A stretch of DNA of 64,000 nucleotides from an uncultured Gammaproteobacteria bacterium (GCA_963764725.1 CAVXTM010000015.1:224001-288000); one strand, 5' to 3'; shown: positions 44,659 to 55,674, numbered from the stretch's first letter. Notes: generated by a model from the letters alone, not told the origin. Numbers and translations are program-made.

Positions 44659-47427
44659 ATGGCGTACAACGCGTTCATCTCATACAGCCATGCGGCGGAC
44701 GGTAAACTGGCGCCGGCGTTGCAGTCGGCGCTGCATCGGTTTGCGAAACCCTGGTATCGGTTGCGGCAGTTGCACGTGTTCCGCGACAAGACCAGCCTCA
44801 CGGCGGATCCGGGCCTGTGGTCCGCGATCGAGAACGCGCTGAGACAATCCGAATGGCTGCTGCTCTTAGCATCGCCGGAAGCCGCGAACTCCCACTGGGT
44901 CCAAAAAGAGATCGGCTGGTGGCTCGAGAATAGGGCGACGAACCGCCTCCTCGCGCTGCTCACCGAAGGCGACATCGTCTGGGAACCCGGCCGCAACGAT
45001 TTTGACTGGGCCGCAACGACCGCCTTACCGCGGCTGCTGGCGGGGCGGTTTTCCGAAGAGCCGCTGTATGTCGACTTACGCTGGGCAAAGACCGAGGAAA
45101 AGCTATCGACCCGGCAACCTCGGTTTCTCGACGCCGTGGCGGATATCGCGGCGCCGCTCCATCGCCGGCCCAAGGAAGACTTAGTGGGCGAAGACATCGT
45201 CCAGCATCGGCGCGCCAAGCGCTGGGCCTGGTCCGCGGGGATCGGGCTGGCCGCGCTGACGGTAACCTCCATAGGCGCCGCCTTTATCGCGGTAGACCAA
45301 AGAGACATCGCCTTGCGGCAAAGTGAGATCGCACTGGCACGCCAACTCGCGGCCCAGTCGATCGCGACGGCCGGACAGCGCCCCGATCGGTCATTACTGC
45401 TCGCGCTGCAGTCGTTACGCAGCAAGCGAATTCCCGAAGCGCAGCACAGTTTGCTCACCGCCTTACAACGCCTGTCGCACCGGGCAAGCTTTCTGTCCGG
45501 CCATAACGGGTCCGTCAACCAGGTGGTAGCCACTCCCGACGGAAAGCGGCTGATCTCGGCGGGCGATGACAAGACCATCCGGTTTTGGGACACGGGAACC
45601 CGCCGCGCGATCGGAAAACCGCTCGCCGGACATGGTGCCAAGGTGTGGTATCTCGCCCTCAACCCCGACGGGAAGACCTTGGCTTCGGCGAGCGCGGACG
45701 GCACGATTCGGTTGTGGGATGTTGCCGCGCGCAGGCCGCTCGGCGGCCCGCTGAGAGCGCATACGGATCAGGTCTACGGGCTAGCCTTCCGTCCGGACGG
45801 AAAGGTGCTGGCTTCGGCGAGCGAAGATGGCGCCGTCCGTTTGTGGGATTTGGCGATGCGGAGGCCTGTCGGTGATGCGCTGAGGGGCCATGTGGGGCCT
45901 GTCTACAATGTCGCATTCAGCCCGGACGGCCGGCTCCTCGCCTCGGCGGGCAAAGACAAAATCATCGTGCTATGGGACACCATAAGTTGGAAGGCTCGCG
46001 CGCCTTTGTGCGTGGGGCATTCCGGGCCGGTGAATGAAATCATGTTCAGCCCCGACGGAAAAGTGCTGGCCTCGGCGAGCGACGATAAGAGGGTCTGGCT
46101 CTGGGATCCCGGCACCTGCCGTCCCGTCGGCAAAGCGCTCGAAGGACATGAGCAGCGGGTATGGAGCGTTGCATTCGATCCGGACGGCGCTACGCTCGTT
46201 TCAAGCAGCGATGACGATACCATCATGCTTTGGGATGTGAAACGCCAAGTCCGGCTGAGCGCTCCCATCAGGGGACATGGCGGCGGGGTCTCCAACGCTG
46301 TCTTCTTGCCCGACGGGCGGACGCTCGCATCGGGAGGCAAGGACGCGACGATCATTCTTTGGGATTTAGCGAGCCGCACGCCGCTCGGCCGCGTACTGGC
46401 CGGGCACCGAGGGCCTGTGGCGTCGCTCGCATTCCATCCGAACGGCAAAACATTAGCCACGGCGAGCGAGGATGAGGCGATTGTCCTTTGGGATGTCGCT
46501 GCCGGGGAACCCGCGCGCCCGCCGCTTTACGGCCATCGAGGAGCGATTTCAAGCGTCGCGTTCAGTCCGAATGGCGACACGCTGGCCTCGGCAAATTCGA
46601 ACGATGCGATCCTGTTTTGGGATGTGGCCAGCGGCGATCTCAAAGGTGAAGCCCTCCATGGAGATCGCGGCACGGTCGTGACTTACGGTGCCGGCGGAAA
46701 AGCGCTGGCGTCGGGCGGGGAAGATAAGAGCGTCGTCCTGTGGAACCTTGGGAGCGGTAAGCTGGCGCGAAAAAAAACACTGGGGACCCATCAAGATGCG
46801 GTCAATAGCCTGGCCTTGAGCCCGGATGGTAAGCTACTCGCCTCCGGAAGCCGCGACGGTACGATCCGCCTCTGGGACATGATCACGGGATCTGCCCTCG
46901 GAGAGGCGCTGAGCGAACATCACGATGCGGTAACGTCGCTCGCATTCAATCCCCTGGGAGCAACCTTTGTTTCGGCAAGCAGTGACGAAAGCATCCTCGT
47001 CTGGGACCGCGAGCGTCGAATACCCATCGGCGAAGCACTCGTGGAACATCAAGGTGATGTCACGGCGATCGCGTTTAGTCCGGACGGGAAATTACTCGCG
47101 TCGGGGGGCAGCGACGGGACCGTCCGGTTATGGGACTTCGTCAACGAAATGCGCTTCGGCGATACGTTTTTGGGACATCAGGGCACGATCCGCAGTATGG
47201 CGTTTAGCCCCGATGGGAAGGCCCTGGCCTCGGCGAGCGATGATCACACCATCGTCTTGTGGGACGTTGACAGCGCTCTATGGGAGCAACGTGCTTGCGC
47301 GATCGCCAACCGCAATCTTACCGCGTTGGAATGGCGGCATTACCTCGGACCCGCACGGCCCTATGAGAAGACGTGTCCCGAGCTCCCGGACAGAGCGCCG
47401 GATGCGGAAGACCATCTACGCTTTTGA
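44659..47427 (+). CDS. TIR domain - TM helix - 14x WD40 repeat protein
   Basis: AFISYSH, VFRD, LLASP, SHWVQKEI (TIR); hydrophobic WAWSAGIGLAALTVTSIGAAFIAV; 14 GH..WD repeats counted. Confidence 0.92.
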   Translation: MAYNAFISYSHAADGKLAPALQSALHRFAKPWYRLRQLHVFRDKTSLTADPGLWSAIENALRQSEWLLLLASPEAANSHWVQKEIGWWLENRATNRLLALLTEGDIVWEPGRNDFDWAATTALPRLLAGRFSEEPLYVDLRWAKTEEKLSTRQPRFLDAVADIAAPLHRRPKEDLVGEDIVQHRRAKRWAWSAGIGLAALTVTSIGAAFIAVDQRDIALRQSEIALARQLAAQSIATAGQRPDRSLLLALQSLRSKRIPEAQHSLLTALQRLSHRASFLSGHNGSVNQVVATPDGKRLISAGDDKTIRFWDTGTRRAIGKPLAGHGAKVWYLALNPDGKTLASASADGTIRLWDVAARRPLGGPLRAHTDQVYGLAFRPDGKVLASASEDGAVRLWDLAMRRPVGDALRGHVGPVYNVAFSPDGRLLASAGKDKIIVLWDTISWKARAPLCVGHSGPVNEIMFSPDGKVLASASDDKRVWLWDPGTCRPVGKALEGHEQRVWSVAFDPDGATLVSSSDDDTIMLWDVKRQVRLSAPIRGHGGGVSNAVFLPDGRTLASGGKDATIILWDLASRTPLGRVLAGHRGPVASLAFHPNGKTLATASEDEAIVLWDVAAGEPARPPLYGHRGAISSVAFSPNGDTLASANSNDAILFWDVASGDLKGEALHGDRGTVVTYGAGGKALASGGEDKSVVLWNLGSGKLARKKTLGTHQDAVNSLALSPDGKLLASGSRDGTIRLWDMITGSALGEALSEHHDAVTSLAFNPLGATFVSASSDESILVWDRERRIPIGEALVEHQGDVTAIAFSPDGKLLASGGSDGTVRLWDFVNEMRFGDTFLGHQGTIRSMAFSPDGKALASASDDHTIVLWDVDSALWEQRACAIANRNLTALEWRHYLGPARPYEKTCPELPDRAPDAEDHLRF

Positions 47428-47559
47428 TAGGTGCCGATCAGCGCCGCCTGGGCTAGGACATGCCCCGCCATCGTCTGCTCCAATTGGGCTTTGGTGGATT
47501 TGTTAGATCGGACAGCGCGCTACCCGAGGCATAAAGCGAGTGCAGCCTGGATGGCAGTC

Positions 47560-47823
47560 CTATTGTCGGTAAACTTCTTTGCGATGACCTGCCCTAACGA
47601 TTTCTATAGTAAGGCTGTCACCATCAACGCTATAGACTACGCGGTAGTCGCCTGATCTTAACCTGTAGGTATGTTTCGTCCCTGAGAGTTTACGCACACC
47701 TGGAGGAAAGGGATTTTTCATCAATTCTTCAGCGATGCTGATTAGGCGTCCAATGACCTCGCGTGGAAGCCGTCGTAGATCTTTTTCAGCCGAGGCTTTC
47801 CACGTCAGTCTATACAAGGCCAT
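47560..47823 (-). CDS. RelE/StbE-family toxin
   Basis: SAEKDLRRL, NPFPPGVRKLSG, YRLRSGDYRVVY, GHRKEVYR. Confidence 0.9.
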   Translation of the reverse strand: MALYRLTWKASAEKDLRRLPREVIGRLISIAEELMKNPFPPGVRKLSGTKHTYRLRSGDYRVVYSVDGDSLTIEIVRAGHRKEVYRQ

Positions 47824-47986
47824 CCGCCTTTAGGCGGGCCACCAGTTCATCATGCGTTATGGCTGGTTCTTCTCGACGTTCTGCGATACGTGCTAAATCC
47901 TCCAAGTCTTCCAATAACTCCTCATAGTCTGCCACTGGCAAGACTACGGAAACTCGTTCTCCCTTTTCGTTCGTCAGAAATTGCAC
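47810..47986 (-). CDS. Putative antitoxin (58 aa)
   Basis: Translated by hand: MQFLTNEKGERVSVVLPVADYEELLEDLEDLARIAERREEPAITHDELVARLKADGLV; overlaps toxin start. Confidence 0.75.
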   Translation of the reverse strand: MQFLTNEKGERVSVVLPVADYEELLEDLEDLARIAERREEPAITHDELVARLKADGLV

Positions 47987-48158
47987 GTTCGCCGCCCTAT
48001 GCCGTTCTTCTCATGGGCATTCACCGACTCAATCATAGCACACCGAATCATCGGCATCGTCGTCTTCCCATCGAAGCGGGTACATCCTTTATCGGTGCTG
48101 GGAATGCCCTCAGGCGTATAACTCCAGCGTCGCGCTGATTTCGAGGCAACCTAACTAT

Positions 48159-48923
48159 TCAACTCCAACAACCGAGGCCCCGGTGTCTCCCTAGAGCACT
48201 CCGTATTAGCCGCTGCAATCGATGCCAATGCGAACCCTGCCAGTAAACTCGATGACATGCGCGGCAGACCCAAAACTCTTTATAACGGTTTACAATATCG
48301 GGCGCGAGCATGGCATGCAAAGATTGTTTGCCGATCGGCTCCAACAACTGATTACAAACACTGCATCGAGTGAAGGGACGAATTTCACCGGCGAGGTCCA
48401 AGCGCCTCGTCACCTCTTCTAATTGCCTGCTCGGCAGAGGCGCGCGGACGTAGCAACCGTGGGTAATGGCACGGCGCATGAGTAGATCCCGATCTCGGGT
48501 AAGAACTATGCGACGCTGCGCGAGCGAGATCTGTGCAATCTCGTCATCGCGAAAATCATTTCGGTAAAGGGTATCGAAGCCCAAAAAACGTAGGTATCTC
48601 GCCAAGGCACCAAGGTGTGCATCGGCGATGAATTGTATTTTCCGGAGCGTCCGGTCCCGTACGCGCACGAGCGACATGACGTCGAGCGACTCGAATTGAG
48701 GATAGACACTGATCCGATCACAGTCATGGAGAACGTAGCAAAAATCCACTGATTCACCGTTAGCCATGATTAGCTCGACTTCCGTGTGCGGAACGCCGAG
48801 TGCCTCGATTGCGTGTTTGACAGTGGCCCGCTCAGCGACTGCATGACAAAACGGGCGCTTTCGCTGCTCGGGCCGGAGGAAGTCGTTCAATTCCTCGTAA
48901 AACCGAAATTCAACGATGACCAT
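48159..48923 (-). CDS. Mut7-C ubiquitin-like/RNase (PIN fold) protein with Zn ribbon
   Basis: FRFYEELNDFL, LGVPHTEV, FIADAHLGALARYLR.LGFD, LTRDR, RCSVCN, CRACHRVYWQGSH. Confidence 0.9.
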   Translation of the reverse strand: MVIVEFRFYEELNDFLRPEQRKRPFCHAVAERATVKHAIEALGVPHTEVELIMANGESVDFCYVLHDCDRISVYPQFESLDVMSLVRVRDRTLRKIQFIADAHLGALARYLRFLGFDTLYRNDFRDDEIAQISLAQRRIVLTRDRDLLMRRAITHGCYVRAPLPSRQLEEVTRRLDLAGEIRPFTRCSVCNQLLEPIGKQSLHAMLAPDIVNRYKEFWVCRACHRVYWQGSHWHRLQRLIRSALGRHRGLGCWS

Positions 48924-49087
48924 AAGCGCAATTTGCCGCTTTCACTCGGTAATGACAAGGTCGATGCCGGTAATCAATTTGATTTCGCCACCACGGGGTA
49001 TGAACCCCACGGCTAAAGGATCCCGCGGCAAGACCGCGGGGAATAAATTTGAAGTCGTAACCGAGGGTGACGCGCAGGCCAACTGCG

Positions 49088-49770
49088 TCAAATCACGCTT
49101 TCGATCCAATCCGTCATGGCATCCAGAATTTCGGCCCTAACTTGCGAATCCTTGCGTCCGGTGCGCGCGGGCACATGAAACGAATGATCGGCGTCGGCGA
49201 ACAGCTTGAGGGTTGCGCGCGCGCCGAGCTGTTCGACAAGCGGCTCTAGCAGCGGCAGGTCGGCGAGCGCGTCACGGCTTCCCTGCAGGAACAGCATCGG
49301 GATTTGCACATCGAAGAGGTGTTTGCCGCGCTCGTCCGACGGACGCCCCGGCGGATGGAGCGGAAATCCCAAAAACACTAGGCCGCGTACCCCGGGGAAC
49401 GGCGCCTCCGCTTGCGCCTGCGAAGTCATGCGCCCGCCGTAAGACTTGCCACCCGCGAACAGGGCGAGCCCGGGAGTGAGGCGTGACGCTTCCGCCGTCG
49501 CGGCGCGGACGGTGGCCTGGGCAAGCCTCGGGAGCGTCCGGCCGCTTCGATCCACGCTCCATGTACGGGAACTGATAACGCAAGCGTGGCAATGCCGCGC
49601 TCCGCAAGTCCGTCCGCGACGGCTGACATGAACGGGTGCGCCATACCCGCCCCCGCGCCGTGCGCCAGCACGTAGCAGGCGCGCGCGTTCTGCGGTGCTT
49701 GTAGCAAGCCGGAGACGCGCTGGGTATCGTCAACGGCGATCGACACGGACTGGGCGATGTAGACCTTCAT
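49088..49770 (-). CDS. Alpha/beta hydrolase (two apparent single-base frameshifts)
   Basis: LAHGAGAGM, RYQFPYM, GGKSYGGR, GFPLHPPG, QGSRD, ADHSF across three frames; ATGA overlap with DUF72. Confidence 0.82.
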
Positions 49771-50483
49771 GCGAGGCTCGATCCGAACCGCATCAGCGTC
49801 TGCGCATATTCCGGCGCCGTCGTTTCGTGCATGAAGTACACGTAAGTTTCGCGCCAAGCGGTGGCCGCGAGCCGGTCCGCCCACTGCTTTAGATCGGCGT
49901 CCGAGTAAGTTTCGAGCCGAAGCCGGACGTAGCCCCAGGGCGCGGTTTCCACCAGAGGCGGCGGCGCGTTGTCTTCGCGTTCGGAGAGCACCAGCGCCGC
50001 GCCGGTGCTTCTGAGCGCGTCGTAGACATCGTCGGCGAACCAGCTCTCGTTGCGGAACTCGAACGCGGCGCGGTGTTCCTTAGGCAGCAAGGCAAGAAAC
50101 GCCGTGAGGCGTGGCAGGTCCTTCTTCAGGAATGGCGGCAGCTGAAACAGCACCGGGCCGCGCTTTGCGCCGAGGGCCGCGAGGTTCTTGTAGAGGTAGG
50201 CGACGGAGTCGGCGGCCTCGTCCGCCTTGAGGCGCGCCATGTGCGTGATGCGCCGTGACGCCTTGATCGCAAACCGGAAGTCCTTCGGCGTCGCGCTTGC
50301 CCAGTTCTCGAGCACCTCCTTCTTCGGCATGCGATAGAAGGTGTTGTTGATCTCCACCGTCGGCAGTCGTCCGGCGTAATACGCCAGCATGGCATCCGGC
50401 TTGATGTCCTCGGGATAGAAGTCGCCCTTCCATTCCTTGTAGGAGTAGCCACTCGCACCTGCGTAGATCTTTGAGGCTGTCAT
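49767..50483 (-). CDS. DUF72 (YecE-like) protein
   Basis: GASGYSYKEWKG.FYP, VEINNTFY, LFQLPP, FEFRNESW, YVRL. Confidence 0.92.
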   Translation of the reverse strand: MTASKIYAGASGYSYKEWKGDFYPEDIKPDAMLAYYAGRLPTVEINNTFYRMPKKEVLENWASATPKDFRFAIKASRRITHMARLKADEAADSVAYLYKNLAALGAKRGPVLFQLPPFLKKDLPRLTAFLALLPKEHRAAFEFRNESWFADDVYDALRSTGAALVLSEREDNAPPPLVETAPWGYVRLRLETYSDADLKQWADRLAATAWRETYVYFMHETTAPEYAQTLMRFGSSLA

Positions 50484-50537
50484 AATATGTACGGCTATTT
50501 TTACTCGGTTCTGCTCAGCTTCTTAGAATAATACGGC

Positions 50538-53252
50538 ATGACGAAAGGCAAGCTCAGCGAATATTCCGCCAAGCGGAGCTTCAACGGCAACGCCCGAACC
50601 GGCTCCCGCGCTTACCGAAGGGCGTAGCGGGCCGCTGCTGTTCGTCGTCCAGCAGCATTCGGCCCGCCGGCTGCACTACGACTTCCGGCTCGAATGCGAC
50701 GGTGTGCTCAAGTCCTGGGCGGTTCCCAAGGGACCGTCGCTCGATCCCGGCGAAAAGCGCCTCGCCGTGCACGTGGAGGATCATCCCTACGACTACGGCT
50801 CGTTCGAGGGCGTGATCCCGCCCGGACAATACGGCGCAGGCGAAGTGATCGTCTGGGATTGCGGCGTCTACTCTCCCGACGAAGGCGGCCAGACCTGGTT
50901 CCACGATCGCAACGCAGGCTGAGCGGCAGGTCCGGGCAGGGGTGGAGCAAGGCAAGCTCAGCATCGAGCTCCGCGGCGAGAAGCTCAAAGGCTCCTTCGC
51001 GCTGGTGCGCACCAAGGACAAAAAGAGCTGGCTCCTGATCAAGCACAAGGACCGGTTCACCTCCCAGGACGATGTCACGCAGAAGAACCGCTCGGTACTC
51101 TCCGGCGTCGCGGTAGAAGATCTCAAGGTCGTTCCCGCGCATCGGATCCCCGCCGCGCTGCTCGTCCCGGCCGGCGAGGTCGAGGCGATGCCGGAAAAGC
51201 TCGCGCCGATGCTCGCGGAAGTCGCCGATTCGCCCTTCAACAAAGCTGACTGGATGTGGGAGCCCAAGCTCGACGGCTATCGGGTGCTCGCCTTTATTGA
51301 CGAGCATGGCGTGAAGCTGCGTTCGCGGCGCGGGCTCGATTTGTCCGGCAGTTTTCCGGCCCTCGCCGCGGAGCTCGGCAAACAAGCCGTGAGGGGCATG
51401 ATCCTGGATGGGGAGATCGTGGCGTTCGATGCAGCCGGCAGGCCCTCGTTCAACGCGCTGCAAAACCGCGTGAAGTTGAAGACGGAACGGGAGATTGCAG
51501 CAGCGGACCGGAACGTGCCCGCGGTGTTCTACTGTTTCGACCTGCTGTATTTCGCAGGCATTGACCTGCGCAAGGCGCCGTACCGGGACCGGCGTCGCTA
51601 TATCGCCCAATGCCTGCTGCCAATCGCCCCTCGTGCAGCTCGTGCACGCGTCGGAAGACGGGATTGCAATGCACAAGGCGGCGCTCGCCAGCGGCTTCGA
51701 GGGCGTGATCGGCAAGCGCAAGGACAGCCGCTACGAGGCCGGCCGGCGATCGGCGTCGTGGCTGAAGATCAAGCCTACACGCAGCGCCGATTTCGTCGTC
51801 GGCGGCTACACGAAAGGCAAAGGCTCGCGTGAGCCGCTCGGCGCCCTCCTGCTCGGCTACTGGGACAAAGGCAAGCTGCGCTACGCCTCGCATGTCGGGT
51901 CCGGTTTCGCCGACAAGACGCTCGCGCAGGTCAAGACGCGGCTGGATGGCCTGCAACGGAAGACCTGCCCCTTCGCCGAAAAGCCGGAGCTGAATGGTCC
52001 GGTCACCTGGGTCGAGCCCGAGGCCGTCGCCGAAGTGAGCTTTCAGAGCTGGACCGAGGACGGCTCGTTGCGCGCACCGGTATTCCTGCGGCTACGCGAT
52101 GACATCGATCCGAAATCGGTGCGGCGCGCCGAGCCCGCCCGAGCGTCGCAGCCGGGTCCGCGTGCCGACTCTCGCGCCGGCGGCGAAGTCGAGGAGATCC
52201 TGGCGCAACTCGAAAACAGGAAAACCGCCTTCCCGCTCGCGGTGGGCCCGCACCGGATCCACCTCACACACCTCGATCGTGTCTACTGGCCCGCCGATCC
52301 GGCGCTGCAGCAGCCAGCGCTCACCAAGCGCGACCTGCTGCGCTACTTCGCGCAGGTGTCACCCTATATCCTGCCGCATCTCGTCGCGCGGCCGCTCACC
52401 ATGATCCGCATGCCCGATGGCATCAAGAAGCAGCGTTTCTTTCAGAAGCACTGGGAGCAGGAGCGACCGGAGTTCGTCGAGACCATCACTGTGTTCTCGG
52501 GGCATAAGGATGAAATCCACGAATACCTGCTGTGCAGCAACCTGCCGACCTTGCTGTGGCTCGCGCAATCCGGAACGCTCGAATTCCATGTCTGGCATTC
52601 GCGCGCAAAGCCCGGACCCGACGCGGCATCGAAGAGCACCGACTACGCCTCCTCCCTCGAGGCGCTGGAGGCCTCGGTGCTCAACTATCCGGACTACGTG
52701 GTGTTCGACATCGACCCCTACATCTATTCCGGCAAGGAAGCGGCGGGCGCGGAACCCGAGCTGAACACGGTCGCTTTCGAGAAGGGCAAAGAGGTGGCGT
52801 TCCGGCTGCGCGAGCTCCTGCAGACCATGTCGCTCGAACCCATCGTCAAGACCTCGGGCAAGACCGGCCTGCACGTGTTCGTGCCGATCCGGCGCACGCT
52901 CGATTTCGACGCCGCGCGCCATGTGTCGGAGCTGGTCGGCCGCCACCTGATGCGCCTGCACCCCAAGGACATCACCCTGGAGTGGAGCGTGCCCAAGCGG
53001 ACGGGAAAGATTTTTATGGACTATAATATGAACGTCCGCGGCAAGACCCTGAACGTCGCCTACTCGCCCAGAGGCGAGCCTGGGGCGCCGGTGTCGATGC
53101 CGCTCGGCTGGGAGGAACTTGCAGGCGCACATCCGCTCGATTTCAGGATCACGAACGCGGCGCAGCGCCTGATGGAGACGGGCGATCGCTGGCGCGACGC
53201 CCTGACCCGCAAACAAAGCCTTGAGCAGGCGCTGAAGCGCGCGCAGGCCTGA
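50538..53252 (+). CDS. ligD: NHEJ DNA ligase D (PE-LIG-POL), frameshifts near 50583, 50920 and 51620
   Basis: PE: [24 protein letters not shown]; LIG: [21 protein letters not shown]; POL: [20 protein letters not shown]. Confidence 0.93.
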
Positions 53253-53346
53253 CGGAAGCGGAGGTATATCTCCTCGCGCGCTGCAAGGAATTCGTACGCG
53301 AAGACCTCTATATCTGTACTCGCGAGACGCATCCGCAGCGGGTTGC

Positions 53347-53865
53347 CTAGCATGCGCGCCTTAATTCCTCGCGTTCGCCCTCGCTCAAGGCCGAACTGAA
53401 ATGGAGCACCTGATCCAAGATGTCGTTGGTCTCGAAGTAAGCCTTGCGACAGTCGAGGTGCACGAACCCTCCAGGAGAGAAGCGGCCTTCTTCATAGAAC
53501 ACAATCCGGATGCGCCAGCTCCCGCGCCCGATGGGCTGGCGGCAGCTGCGGCATTTGGCCTGGCCGCTCGGCGAGCGCTCGGCGCCGTCGATGCGCGGCA
53601 GGCGCCGGTGCGTGAGGCTGCTGCGCGCCGCGCGCTCCAGCCTCTCTCGATCGGGCACGTGCTCGGGCGCTTCCCCGAGGGCCTGAAGCAGCGGCTCTGG
53701 CCGCTTGTAGGCCGCGCACGTGGGATGGAACCAGAGCGTCATCTCACCCTCCCCGAAAGGGTTGGGCAGGCGCTCGCCGAAACGCAGCTCGCCACGCTCG
53801 ATGGGCCGGCCGCAGCCGCGGCACTTGGAGCGACCGCTCGAGGCGGGTTCGAAGAGGTGGGACAT
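53347..53865 (-). CDS. Stand-alone tandem PARP-type zinc finger protein (172 aa)
   Basis: EPASSGRSKCRGC..I.RGELR..WFHPTC and ERSPSGQAKCRSC..I.RGSWR..FVHLDC, two zf-PARP-like CxxC..HxxC motifs. Confidence 0.85.
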   Translation of the reverse strand: MSHLFEPASSGRSKCRGCGRPIERGELRFGERLPNPFGEGEMTLWFHPTCAAYKRPEPLLQALGEAPEHVPDRERLERAARSSLTHRRLPRIDGAERSPSGQAKCRSCRQPIGRGSWRIRIVFYEEGRFSPGGFVHLDCRKAYFETNDILDQVLHFSSALSEGEREELRRAC

Positions 53866-54330
53866 GCTGAAAGAATATCGCTTTGGCGGGAGCCGCGTCA
53901 CGCGAGCGCCGGCAACGCCCGCGCGCGAACGCCCTGCTGCAGCGCCAGGACCTTCCCGTTCAGGATTCGAGCGCCGTCGCCGGGCCGGTCGCCCGCAGTA
54001 GGTGAGCGTTGCAACCACGAGATCGCCATGGCAGACGCTACCCGAGTACGTAATTTTGTGAGACGGAACGTCCAGCGCATCGAGCGGTTGTTAGTCAAAT
54101 TGGGACCGGCCATCGATTCCAGTCCATCAGCGTTAGCCCTTCCGGGGATAGACTCCGTTCCCAGGAAAAGTTAAGGCCCGTTAGCGACCCAAAGCAGGCA
54201 GACATATGAAACGGGCAATTGATAAACTGCCAACGCAATCCTTTTCCGCTGTGCCCGTGACAACAATTGTCTGGCACCAACATTTGCTTGCGGCGGAATG
54301 AACCCTGAGACAAATGTAAGGAGGCACTAA

Positions 54331-55674
54331 TTGGCCGCGAAATATTCCGAGGATCAGGTCCACCAGTATATCTATCAGCAAGGGATGGAGCAGCTTATCG
54401 ATGATGTTCCAGAGTTTGACAACCTGAGCGCAGCTGGATCGGTTGCCGCCGCCAAGAGTGAAACTTCAGGCGAAGCCGATAAAGTCGGTGATGACATCGA
54501 CTTCAAGCTATGGCGCATCATAAAAGCTAGGGCGCTGGACAAGCTCGAACGCTTGCACCGATCGATCCGCTACGGTGAGTTTATCGGTAGCAAAGTGAAG
54601 CTTCCGATGGACAGCACACAACCTATGGAACTTGATTTACTGGGTCAGCATGAAGACGGCGTTTTCATCCTTGAACTGAAGGTAGATCGGTCCGCCGAAC
54701 GAAATGCCTTTTCAGAGCTTTTTGCCTATAGCAACTACATCGCTGAGATGTTTGCGCTGTCTGGACACAAGGACATTGTGAACGTTCTTGTGGCGAAACT
54801 AGACGCGAAGATCACAAGGCAGGCCTTCTTATACGATCTGTTGATCACTGATCGGAACATCATAGTTTATAAGCCAGAGTTCCAGGATGAAACGCTTCAA
54901 AGCCTGCGACTGAAGTTGCACATCCCCAGCGATGATGATTACCGGTATTTCACGAACCAGCTTCTGTCTCACGATGCGATGTCATGTGTCGTCGCGTCGA
55001 TTCCACGACATGCCCGGCTGGATAGATAGCGGCACTAAGGGCGAAAATCCCCCCCACCATACAATTGAACATCTGAAAGCTCTGAGCAGCTACGTGGCTC
55101 AGCTAATGGAGGCCGAGCATCTGCATGGATTTTGTTTCATTCGAAAGCCATGGGCTGAGGTAACACTCTTCATCCAAACAGCCTCGATCAATTGCGCCCT
55201 CAATCCGTTCAATGTTGCCGCATCCTGAGCGCTCCAACGCGATCACGAAGCAGTTGGATGAGCAATACCACACCACCTTCTCAGAAGCACCGATGCTCGG
55301 TTTTGAAGGCAGACTGATCTCAATCGCGCAACGTGCGGTGAAAGACTGCATGACCAACCATTACCAGACCGAAATCGAATTGCCTTCGTGGAGCGCGATG
55401 GTTGTCTCCATGATTGAGACAGTTTTGCACTCACAACTTCGGTTTCCGCCCGACTGGCATGATGCGCGAGGCGTATGTCAGCCACTTAACTACTATCTAC
55501 GCCCGCAACGAAGACAGCGACGACTACGTCGAGGATGTATCCGCCTTAAAGCTCATTGAGATCTCGAATTGGATGCGCGCTTGGCAGTTCATGGAGATGT
55601 GTGGCTTTGCTGGATCGAAAAACGGCGAGCGCGAGGAAGAGTTCAATGTCGATGATGAAGGCGATGGCCTGTAG
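54331..55674 (+). pseudogene. Putative PD-(D/E)xK nuclease-fold protein, three apparent frameshifts
   Basis: ELDLLG..VFILELK..ELFAY motif; GGAGG RBS and TTG start; continues through ORFs 54932, 55212 and 55414; AT-richer than flanks. Confidence 0.6.

Noticed and set aside
45490-47270. Periodic DNA similarity (about 129-bp period) as a CRISPR array or tandem repeat
   Set aside because: Explained by WD40 coding repeats; no invariant repeat with unique spacers and no cas genes
48985-49042. Hairpins (GGGGTATGAACCCC; CCCGCGGCAAGACCGCGGG) as a tRNA or att site
   Set aside because: No cloverleaf or CCA end; more like degenerate REP or IS200-type hairpins, too weak to call
50538-53252. Programmed frameshifting in ligD
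   Set aside because: Three separate shifts without slippery sites; neighbours show similar indels, so error or decay is simpler
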